Assembly (NCBI GenBank): GCA_963727765.1
Contig: CAVSGZ010000007.1
Span: 82,826-146,825, forward strand
Direction: 5' to 3'
Origin: an uncultured Acidobacteriota bacterium
Lineage (GTDB): Bacteria; Acidobacteriota; Vicinamibacteria; Vicinamibacterales; Fen-181
DNA: 64,000 nt
Below the pieces are notes generated by a model. It was not told where the DNA came from and ran no database searches. It worked only from the letters and a program-made list of their open reading frames with translations. The translations under genes and the position numbers were made by a program. Positions 26,346-34,369 of this stretch are shown piece by piece (the stretch's first letter is position 1; each line of letters begins with the position of its first letter).

Positions 26346-27629
26346 TCAGCCGGCGAAACGCCGTAGCGTCTTCTGGAACGCCGCCACCATCAATGCCGCC
26401 AGCCCGAGCAGGCCGGTCAGGATGAGAAAGAACTGGTGGTGGGGCAGCGCGCTGTACGACTTGCCCAGCAGTCCGGAGCCGTAGGAGCCGGTCGCCGTGG
26501 CGGCGAACCAGCCGCCCATCATCAGGCCGGCGAGCCGGGGCGGGGCGACCTTGGAAACGAAAGACAGGCCCATGGGCGAGATCAGGATCTCGGCCATGGT
26601 CACGAAGAAGTAGGTCCCGACGAGCCACGCCGGGGACATGATCGGCACGTCGCGATTGCCGCCCGCGAGCGAAGCGGCGACCATGACGAGCATCGATCCA
26701 GCCATGATGAGCAAGCCCAGGAAGATCTTGACCGGCGTGGAGGGCTCTCGGTCGGCAGTGTGCAGGCGGCCGAAGAGGGCCAGCAGCGGCGGCGTCAGGG
26801 CCAGGATGAAGGCCGGTTCGAAGAACTGGTACGTCTCGGGGCGCAGCCAGCCGAAGGCCCGCGTCGAGCGCTCGGCGAACAACGTCAGGGCGAAGGCGTT
26901 TTGATAGAACGCGACCCAGAAGAAGATGACGCTGAGGAAGAGGATGACGAGCGTGACGATGCGACGCCCGTCTTCGTCGGTGGTCGCGGCCGAACCGGGA
27001 GCGGAAGCCGGTGCCGCGGCGAGGCGGGGCACGGCCTTGAGGTCCGCCGCTGCCAGGCGCGTATGGCTCGCCTGGAGGATCGCCAGGGCCACGAGCAGCC
27101 CGGCCCCGCAGATCCAGAACGAGAGGTTGTAGCTCCCATAGCGGATGCTGACATAGGTGGCCAGCAGCGGGGCGATGGTCGCCCCGATGTTGACGCCCAT
27201 GTAGTAGATGTTGAACCCGGCGTCCCGGAGCTCGGGTTTGTCGACGTAGAGGTTGCCCACGAGCACCGCCATGTTGACCTTGAAGACGCCGGTGCCGATG
27301 CCAATCAGGAGGAGGCCGAGGAAGAAGGTCGCCGTCTGGGTGGGGGAGGACACGGCCAGACCCGCATAGCCCCCGGCCATGAGAACCGCGCCGATCTTGA
27401 TCGTCAGGCGCCGGCCGAGCCAGCGGTCGCCGATCCAGCCGCCGAGCAGGGGAACGAAATAGCACAGGGCCAGAAAGAGCCCGTACACGTCACCCTTGCG
27501 CGCGTCAGTCCAGCCGAGGACCTTGTCCATGTAGAGGACCAGGATGGCCATCAGCGTGTAGAATCCGACCCTCTCCCACATTTCGGCGAAGAAGATATAA
27601 GCAAGCGTCCGAGGGTGTCTCTTGAGCAT
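26346..27629 (-). CDS. POT/PTR2-family proton-dependent oligopeptide transporter (MFS)
   Basis: FAEMWERVGFY (ExxERFxYY-type motif), about 12 TM helices. Lies 18 nt upstream of the M24 peptidase gene. Confidence 0.85.
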   Translation of the reverse strand: MLKRHPRTLAYIFFAEMWERVGFYTLMAILVLYMDKVLGWTDARKGDVYGLFLALCYFVPLLGGWIGDRWLGRRLTIKIGAVLMAGGYAGLAVSSPTQTATFFLGLLLIGIGTGVFKVNMAVLVGNLYVDKPELRDAGFNIYYMGVNIGATIAPLLATYVSIRYGSYNLSFWICGAGLLVALAILQASHTRLAAADLKAVPRLAAAPASAPGSAATTDEDGRRIVTLVILFLSVIFFWVAFYQNAFALTLFAERSTRAFGWLRPETYQFFEPAFILALTPPLLALFGRLHTADREPSTPVKIFLGLLIMAGSMLVMVAASLAGGNRDVPIMSPAWLVGTYFFVTMAEILISPMGLSFVSKVAPPRLAGLMMGGWFAATATGSYGSGLLGKSYSALPHHQFFLILTGLLGLAALMVAAFQKTLRRFAG

Positions 27630-27760
27630 CGGCGGATCTGTCCTCGCGGACTATCCTATATTTCCTGGCCGGTTCCAACAACACGTGGGCAGCGCTAGGT
27701 TACAATCCCGCTGCCGGGGGAACCCGTGACCACGGATGACAGCGGCGACGGGCTGACCGA

Positions 27761-27792
27761 GGGCGCGGGACGAGGGGCGAGGGGACGAGGGG
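27761..27792 (+). other. G-quadruplex-type motif (five G3-4 runs with 3-4 nt loops) directly upstream of eda
   Basis: GGGcgcGGGacgaGGGGcgaGGGGacgaGGGG, ending 9 nt before ATG 27802. Confidence 0.4.
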
Positions 27793-27801
27793 CTTCATCC
27801 T

Positions 27802-28455
27802 ATGTCACAGCAGCGCGTGGAGACCGTTCGTGCCATCGAGGCGTGCGGCGTGGTGGCGGTTATTCGGATGCGCGAGACCGGAAGGCTCCGGGCCGTCGTG
27901 GATGCGCTCGGTGAGGGTGGCGTTCGGGCGATCGAAGTGACGATGACCGTGCCCGGCGCGATCGATCTGATCGGGCAGCTGGCGCCGACGCTGCCCAGGG
28001 GATTCATCCTGGGCGCCGGGACGATCCTCGACGCCGAGACGGCGCGACTGGCCATCCTCGCCGGCGCGCAGTTCATCGTCGGCCCGGTGTTCAGGCCGGA
28101 AGTCATCGCGATGTGCCACCAGCACGACATTGCGGCCATGCCGGGCTGCTTCACCCCCACCGAAATCCTCTCGGCCTGGGAGGCGGGCGCCGATGTCGTG
28201 AAGGTCTTCCCCGCCATGGCCCTCGGCCCCGGGTTCTTCAAGGATGTGCGCGGGCCGCTGCCGCAGGTGAAACTGATGCCGACCGGCGGGGTGTCGCTCG
28301 ACAACGCGGGCGACTGGATCGCCGCGGGTGCCGTGGCGGTCGGCGTCGGCACGGCGCTGCTCGACGCGGCGGCGATCGCGGCCGGCAACTACGCCGTGAT
28401 TACGGCGAACGCGAAGCGGATCGCCGGAAGCGTTGCGGCAGCCCGCGCAAAGTGA
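27802..28455 (+). CDS. eda: KDPG / 4-hydroxy-2-oxoglutarate aldolase
   Basis: VVAVIR, IEVT, GAGTILD, VKVFPA and MPTGGV motifs of class I KDPG aldolases. 217 aa. Confidence 0.9.
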   Translation: MSQQRVETVRAIEACGVVAVIRMRETGRLRAVVDALGEGGVRAIEVTMTVPGAIDLIGQLAPTLPRGFILGAGTILDAETARLAILAGAQFIVGPVFRPEVIAMCHQHDIAAMPGCFTPTEILSAWEAGADVVKVFPAMALGPGFFKDVRGPLPQVKLMPTGGVSLDNAGDWIAAGAVAVGVGTALLDAAAIAAGNYAVITANAKRIAGSVAAARAK

Positions 28456-28469
28456 CGAAGGGGACCTCG

Positions 28470-29498
28470 ATGGCCAAAGTCGTGACGTTCGGCGAGATCA
28501 TGCTGCGGCTCAGCCCGCCGGGATTCGAGCGCTTTCTTCAGTCGTCGGTCCTCGGCGCAACGTTCGGCGGGGGCGAGGCGAACGTCGCCGTCAGCCTGGC
28601 CCATTTCGGGCTCGAGAGCTACTTCGTCACCCGGCTGCCGACGCACGCGATCGGCGAAGCCGCCGTGAGGTCCGTGCGGGCCGAGGGGGTGCGCACCGAT
28701 TTCATCCAGCGCGGCGGCAGCCGCGTCGGCATCTACTTCGCCGAATCGGGAGCCAGCCAGCGCGGGTCGGCCGTCATCTACGATCGCGCGCACTCGTCGA
28801 TCGCGGAGATGCAGCCTGGCACGGTCGACTGGGCCAGGGTGTTCGAGGGCGCGGCCTGGTTCCACGTGACGGGGATCACGCCGGCGCTCGGCGCGAGCGC
28901 GGCGGGATGTACCCGCGAAGCCGTCGCCGCAGCCCGTGCGGCGGGTGCGCGCGTCAGCGTTGACCTCAACTACCGCAGGAAACTGTGGACCCAGGCCGAG
29001 GCGCAGTCAACGATGCGGCCGTTGATGGCGTCGGTCGACCTCGTGATGGCCAACGAGGAGGATCTGCAGTCGGCGCTCGGCCTGGACGTGCGCGGCACCG
29101 ACGTCACGGCGGGGCAGTTGAACCTGGCGGGCTACCGCGAGGTCGCCGAGCGGGTGACGCGGGATCTTGGGCCGAAGAAGGTGGCCATCACGCTGCGCGA
29201 GAGCCTGTCGGCCAGCGACAACGGTTGGAGCGCCGCGCTCTGGGATGCGGAAACTGGCGCCTTCCATCACAGTCAGCACTACACCGTGCGCCTGGTTGAC
29301 CGGATTGGCGGAGGCGACAGCTTTGCGGCCGGACTGATCTACTCGCTTCTCGACGGCCGCGCCCCGGAGGCGGCTTTGCGCTTCGCCGTCGCGGCCAGTG
29401 CCCTGAAGCAGACGATCCCGGGCGATTTCAACCGCGTGACGGTTGCCGAGGTGGACGCGCTCGCCAATGGGGACGCGTCGGGGCGGGTGGCGCGATGA
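28470..29498 (+). CDS. kdgK: 2-dehydro-3-deoxygluconokinase (PfkB family)
   Basis: ATG 28470 within track ORF 28113..29498. MAKVVTFGEIMLRLSPPGFERF...GGGEANVAVSLA. PfkB signature DRIGGGDSFAAG. Confidence 0.85.
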   Translation: MAKVVTFGEIMLRLSPPGFERFLQSSVLGATFGGGEANVAVSLAHFGLESYFVTRLPTHAIGEAAVRSVRAEGVRTDFIQRGGSRVGIYFAESGASQRGSAVIYDRAHSSIAEMQPGTVDWARVFEGAAWFHVTGITPALGASAAGCTREAVAAARAAGARVSVDLNYRRKLWTQAEAQSTMRPLMASVDLVMANEEDLQSALGLDVRGTDVTAGQLNLAGYREVAERVTRDLGPKKVAITLRESLSASDNGWSAALWDAETGAFHHSQHYTVRLVDRIGGGDSFAAGLIYSLLDGRAPEAALRFAVAASALKQTIPGDFNRVTVAEVDALANGDASGRVAR

Positions 29499-30871
29499 GG
29501 ATCGACTCGAAGGTGAGGCCAGCCGTGCTGGCCGCGAAGATCGACCGGCTCTGGGACTTGTCGGCGGCGAAGATCAGGGCCATCGAACGCCGTCACGGGT
29601 CGTCCAGAGAGACCCTCGTGCACACCGTCGATGGCCGCTACACCTCCCGCGGCTGGACGGAGTGGACGCTCGGCTTCCGGCACGGATCGGCGCTGCTCCA
29701 GTTCGACGCGACCGGCGACGAGCGGTTCCTCGATCTCGGACGGCGCCGCACGCTCGAGTCGATGGGCCCGCACCTCACGGACACCGGGGTCCACGACCAC
29801 GGCTTTACGATCGTCAGCACCTACGGCAATCTGCTGCGCCTGGCGCGCGAAGGGCGATTCGAGCATGACGCGTGGGAGCGGCGCTGCTACGAGACGGCGC
29901 TCGTCTGCTCGGCCGCCGTCCAGGCGCGGCGGTGGACGGCGCTCGGTGAGGGCGAGGGCTTCATTCACTCGTTCAACGGGCCGCAGTCGCTCTTTGTCGA
30001 TACGGTCCGCACGCTCCGGTCGCTCGCGCTCGGCCATCGCCTCGGGCACGTGCTGCTCGAAGAGGGCGGCCGGCGCGTATCGCTGCTCGACCGGCTCCTG
30101 ATGCACGCGCGATCGACGGCCCGGTTCCTCGTGTCGGATGGCCGCGGGCGCGACATCTACGCGGCGCGCGGGCGGGTGTCTCACGAGGCTATCTTCAATG
30201 TCACGGATCGCAGTTTCAGGTGCCTGAGCACGCAGCAGGGCTACTCCCCGTTCAGCACGTGGATGCGCGGCCTCGCCTGGGCGATGTGCGGCTTCGCCGA
30301 GCAGCTCGAGTTCATGACCACGGTGAGCGACCAGGAGATCGCCTCCGCGGGCGGGCGCCGGGCGACCGCCGCGTTCATGAAGCGGGCCGCAACCGCGGCG
30401 TGCGACTACTACCTTGCGAACACGCCGACCGACGGCGTCCCGTACTGGGACACCGGTGCGCCGGGTCTCCACCGCCTTGGCGACTATCTCGCGAAGCCCG
30501 CGGATCCGTTCAACCCGTACGAGCCGGTGGACAGCTCGGCGGCGGCAATCGCGGCGCAGGGTCTCCTTCGCCTCGGCCACTACCTCCGGCGGGACGAACC
30601 GGCGCGTGCGCGTCGGTACTGGCAGGCGGGGCTGACCGTCATGCGCACGCTCCTGGACGAGCCGTATCTCGGCGTCGACCGTCGCCACGAAGGCCTGCTC
30701 CTGCACTCGGTGTATCACCGGCCCAATGGCTGGGACGCCGTCCCGCCGGGCCGGACGGTGCCGTGCGGCGAGTCCAGCCTGTGGGGCGACTACCACATCC
30801 GCGAGGCGGCCCTCTACCTGCAGCGCGTCATCCGGCGCGAGCCGTACCTGACTTTCTGGGGACCCGCATGA
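29495..30871 (+). CDS. GH88-like unsaturated glucuronyl hydrolase family protein
   Basis: 458 aa, (alpha/alpha)6-like. DHGF, WMRGLAWAMCGF, DGVPYWD, VDSSAAAIAAQGLLRL and ESSLWGDYHIREAL resemble GH88/GH105 motifs. ATGA overlap with kdgK. Confidence 0.7.
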   Translation: MRIDSKVRPAVLAAKIDRLWDLSAAKIRAIERRHGSSRETLVHTVDGRYTSRGWTEWTLGFRHGSALLQFDATGDERFLDLGRRRTLESMGPHLTDTGVHDHGFTIVSTYGNLLRLAREGRFEHDAWERRCYETALVCSAAVQARRWTALGEGEGFIHSFNGPQSLFVDTVRTLRSLALGHRLGHVLLEEGGRRVSLLDRLLMHARSTARFLVSDGRGRDIYAARGRVSHEAIFNVTDRSFRCLSTQQGYSPFSTWMRGLAWAMCGFAEQLEFMTTVSDQEIASAGGRRATAAFMKRAATAACDYYLANTPTDGVPYWDTGAPGLHRLGDYLAKPADPFNPYEPVDSSAAAIAAQGLLRLGHYLRRDEPARARRYWQAGLTVMRTLLDEPYLGVDRRHEGLLLHSVYHRPNGWDAVPPGRTVPCGESSLWGDYHIREAALYLQRVIRREPYLTFWGPA

Positions 30872-31302
30872 CGATCATCGATCTCGCCGCCACTGAGGGA
30901 CGCCGCTTTCCCGCAGGACGCCGCACGAAGAACGTCATCGGCGGGCAAGCGCCGGCGCAGTCCGCTCATTTTGCAATGGGCGTGGTGACGCTCGACCCGG
31001 ACGGCGGGCAAGTGCCCTGGCACAGCCAGGAACAGGAAGAGGTGTATCTCATCGTCGAGGGCTCGGGCGAGATGTGCCTCGGCGGCGAGCGCGCAGTTCT
31101 CGGCGCGGGCCAGGCGGTTACGATTCCGCCCGGGGTCTTCCACCAGATCACCAATCTCGGACAGACGCCGCTGACGCTCGTCTACTGCTACGGCCCGGCC
31201 GGCGAGGTCGCGCACTGGCGGCAGGAGCTCGACGGCACGCTGCCGCGCGCCGGCGTCGACGCGCCGCCGCTGCCGGAGGGCGCTCGGCCGCAACGGGCGT
31301 AA
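30868..31302 (+). CDS. cupin-domain protein (KdgF-like role inferred from context)
   Basis: ATG 30868 overlaps the upstream stop (ATGA). Cupin_2 core: VPWHSQEQEEVYLIVEGSGEM...GQAVTIPPGVFHQITNLG. Confidence 0.7.
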   Translation: MTIIDLAATEGRRFPAGRRTKNVIGGQAPAQSAHFAMGVVTLDPDGGQVPWHSQEQEEVYLIVEGSGEMCLGGERAVLGAGQAVTIPPGVFHQITNLGQTPLTLVYCYGPAGEVAHWRQELDGTLPRAGVDAPPLPEGARPQRA

Positions 31303-31319
31303 GCGAGGGGGGACACGAC

Positions 31320-32471
31320 GTGACCACCTGGCGCATCGGCGTCATCATGAACGGCGTCACCGGCAGGATGGGCGCCAACCAGCATCTCCTGCGCTCGATC
31401 GATGCCATCCGCCGCGACGGCGGCATTGGTCTGCCCGACGGCAGCGTGATCGTGCCCACCCCAATTCTTGTCGGCCGCAACCCCGCGAAGCTCGAGGCGC
31501 TGGCTGCCCGTTCGGGAGGGCCGCCGTGGACCACCGATCTCGACACGGCGCTGGCCGACCCGGATTACGCTGTCTACTTCGACGCGCAGACCACCGACCG
31601 GCGCGCGGCCGCTGTCCGGCGCGCGATTGCCGCAGGAAAGCACGTCTACTGCGAGAAGCCCGCCGCGGCGACGCTCGCCGAGGCCCTCGACCTCTACCGA
31701 CTCGCCCGCGACGCGGGCGTCAAGCACGGCGTGGTTCAGGACAAGCTCTGGCTGCCGGGCATCATCGCCCTGAGGCGACTGTGCGCGAGCGGGTTTTTCG
31801 GGCGCATCCTGTCGGTCCGCGGCGAGTTCGGTTACTGGGTGTTCGAGGGAGACAGCATCCCCGCGCAGCGCCCGTCGTGGAACTACCGCGCCGAGGACGG
31901 CGGCGGGATCATCGCCGACATGTTCCCCCATTGGCGCTACCTGCTCGACGAAGTCTTCGGCCGGGTCACTGCCGTCTCGTGCCTCGGCGCCATGCACGTC
32001 GGCCGACGCTGGGACGAGGCCGGCCGGCCCTACGACTGCACCGCCGACGATGCGGCCTACGCGACGTTTGAACTCGAGGGCGGGATCATCGCCCAGTTCA
32101 ACTCGTCGTGGTGCGTCCGCGTTCGCCGCGATGACCTGCTGACCATCCAGGTGGATGGCACGAAGGGTTCGGCGGTGGCCGGCCTGCGAAACTGCTGGGT
32201 GCAACCCGCCGCTTCCACTCCGCGGCCCGTGTGGAATCCCGATGTCGCGACGCAGGGAGACTACCGCGCCGACTGGCAGCGGCTGCCCGAAGTCGAGGGC
32301 CTCGGGAACGCTTTCCGGGTTCAGTGGGAGCTGTTCCTGCGGCACGTCGCATGCGGCGATCCGTTCACCTGGGACCTGCTCGCGGGTGCGAGGGGTGTGC
32401 AACTGGCCGAGTTGGGGACCGAGTCCTGGCGAACGAGAAGCTGGGTGGCGGTGCCGCCGCTCAATCCGTGA
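31320..32471 (+). CDS. Gfo/Idh/MocA-family NAD(P)-dependent oxidoreductase
   Basis: GTG 31320 lies after GAGGGGGGA. Rossmann motif IGVIMNGVTGRMG and EKP motif VYCEKPAA. 383 aa. Confidence 0.8.
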   Translation: MTTWRIGVIMNGVTGRMGANQHLLRSIDAIRRDGGIGLPDGSVIVPTPILVGRNPAKLEALAARSGGPPWTTDLDTALADPDYAVYFDAQTTDRRAAAVRRAIAAGKHVYCEKPAAATLAEALDLYRLARDAGVKHGVVQDKLWLPGIIALRRLCASGFFGRILSVRGEFGYWVFEGDSIPAQRPSWNYRAEDGGGIIADMFPHWRYLLDEVFGRVTAVSCLGAMHVGRRWDEAGRPYDCTADDAAYATFELEGGIIAQFNSSWCVRVRRDDLLTIQVDGTKGSAVAGLRNCWVQPAASTPRPVWNPDVATQGDYRADWQRLPEVEGLGNAFRVQWELFLRHVACGDPFTWDLLAGARGVQLAELGTESWRTRSWVAVPPLNP

Positions 32472-32478
32472 GGAGACG

Positions 32479-33255
32479 ATGACACAGGCACGCGTGGCGC
32501 TTGTCACCGGGGGCACGCGCGGGATTGGCCTCGCCGTCGCCGAATGCCTGGCGCGCGAGCAGTTCGATCTGGCGGTGTGCGGGCGGCGGGAGGAGGAGGC
32601 TGTTGCCGGCGCCCTCCAGTCGCTGAGGCGCCAGGGCAGAGACGTTGTCTACTGCCGCTGCGACGTCGCAGACCGCGCGGCGCGCGAGGCGCTCGTGCAG
32701 TCGGTTCGCGACCGGTTCGGCCGCCTCCACGTCCTGGTCAACAACGCCGGGATCGCGCCGCCCGAGCGTCGCGATCTCCTCGAGGCCTCCGAGGACAGCT
32801 TCGAGGCCGTGCTGCGCACGAACCTCCAGGGGCCGTATTTCCTCACCCAGGCCGTGGCGCGGTGGATGATCGATCAGCGGCGCGCTGACGCGTCCTTTCG
32901 CGGCTGCATCGTCAACGTCTCGTCGATTTCGGCGACGACCGCGTCGGTGAACCGCGGCGAGTACTGCGTCGCCAAGGCGGGCCTGGCCATGGCGACCCAA
33001 CTCTGGGCGGCCAGGCTCGGCGAATGGAACATTCCGGTCTACGACGTCCGACCCGGCATCGTACGGACGGACATGAGCGCTGCAGCCGAGGCCAAGTACG
33101 ACCGCCTGATCGCCGACGGCCTGCTCGTCCAGCCGCGCTGGGGGCTGCCCGATGATGTTGGGCGCGCCGTAGCGATGCTCGCGCGGGGCGACCTGGCGTA
33201 CTCGACGGGCCAGGTGCTCATGATCGATGGCGGCTTCAACGTGCGCCGGCTGTGA
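32479..33255 (+). CDS. short-chain dehydrogenase/reductase (KduD/FabG-like)
   Basis: ATG 32479 lies after GAGGAG. TGGTRGIG, NNAG and YCVAKAG (YxxxK) motifs. Confidence 0.85.
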   Translation: MTQARVALVTGGTRGIGLAVAECLAREQFDLAVCGRREEEAVAGALQSLRRQGRDVVYCRCDVADRAAREALVQSVRDRFGRLHVLVNNAGIAPPERRDLLEASEDSFEAVLRTNLQGPYFLTQAVARWMIDQRRADASFRGCIVNVSSISATTASVNRGEYCVAKAGLAMATQLWAARLGEWNIPVYDVRPGIVRTDMSAAAEAKYDRLIADGLLVQPRWGLPDDVGRAVAMLARGDLAYSTGQVLMIDGGFNVRRL

Positions 33256-34369
33256 CGTCGCGCGGGGGATAAACGCACTCGCGCGCCTCGTCCGCGAACG
33301 CGCGCAGGAGGGCGTCGTCGGCCTCGAAGAAATGGTCGGACGGCGCCAGGATGTAGCCGCCCCCGCCTCCAGCATCTTCGAACAACCGGCGCACGGCCTG
33401 TCGGGTTTGGTTTTCCGGGCAGCCGACGAAATCGTTGAACTGGTCGAAGCCGCCGATCATGCACACGCGGGCGCCCACGAGCCGTTTCGCCTCTGCCATC
33501 CTCGTGTCTCCACCCATAGCCGGCGGAGTGAACGTCTCCATCGCGTCGGGGCCCATCTCCGCAATCCGCTCGAGAAATGGCATCATCCCCCCGCACGTGT
33601 GGTAGACGATGCGCAGGCCGGACTGGTGGGCGGCCGCGATGAGCGGGGCGTCGAACGGGGCGACGAAGCGGTCGAAGATCGGCGGCGAGATGACCGTGGA
33701 CGACGCGTCGCCGCCGCCGAGTTCGACAAGGTCGAACGCCGAGCCGCGGGCCGACTGGAGGAAGCGGAGCTTCGGGCGCTGGAGGAATGCCAGCAGCGCG
33801 CCGACCCAGCCTGCGTCGTTGAAGGTGGCGAGGATCAGCGGTTCAATTCCGAACAACACCGCCGCGTCCTGCCAGCAGCCGGGTTGACCGTAGACTGGGA
33901 ATCCCGGCACCGCGCCACGGACGATCCCACGATCGCCGAACTCGGCGGCGGCCGCGGCGACGGCCGCGACATCGCAGATGGGCTCCAGGTCGATCGCGGT
34001 GAGGACATCGAGGTCGCGCTTGTCTTTGAGCAGGCGCTCCCGCACCCAGGCCGTCCGGCCGTCGTCCTGCAGCAGGGTCGTGAGCGTGCCGCGCGGTGTC
34101 ACGAAGCGGTAGCGTGTCGTCTTGTAGTCGGGGTCGGCGACCTCCTCCGCCTCGAGGCGCCAGGCGGGGCCGCCGGCCTCGATCGGGCGGCGCAGCGGCG
34201 TCGTCCAGTGGATCGCATCGAGGCCGTAGCGGTCGAAGAACTCGATCTCGGTGGCGCAACCGGCCTGCCGGAGGAACGACGGCATCAGGTGGTGCGTCGT
34301 GGCCGGCAGACGGTCGGGGACGCCGCGATCGAGGGCGGTGAGCAGTCGCCGGCGAGACGTCCAGCTCAT
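33236..34369 (-). CDS. uroporphyrinogen-decarboxylase (URO-D) superfamily protein, paralogue 1
   Basis: 377 aa. TIM-barrel URO-D/MtaA-like pattern (...LVELGGGDASSTVISPPIFDRFV...VYHTCGGMMPFLERIAEMGPDAMETF...GGFDQ...). Its 3' end overlaps the convergent SDR gene by 20 nt. Confidence 0.65.
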   Translation of the reverse strand: MSWTSRRRLLTALDRGVPDRLPATTHHLMPSFLRQAGCATEIEFFDRYGLDAIHWTTPLRRPIEAGGPAWRLEAEEVADPDYKTTRYRFVTPRGTLTTLLQDDGRTAWVRERLLKDKRDLDVLTAIDLEPICDVAAVAAAAAEFGDRGIVRGAVPGFPVYGQPGCWQDAAVLFGIEPLILATFNDAGWVGALLAFLQRPKLRFLQSARGSAFDLVELGGGDASSTVISPPIFDRFVAPFDAPLIAAAHQSGLRIVYHTCGGMMPFLERIAEMGPDAMETFTPPAMGGDTRMAEAKRLVGARVCMIGGFDQFNDFVGCPENQTRQAVRRLFEDAGGGGGYILAPSDHFFEADDALLRAFADEARECVYPPRDVTAGAR

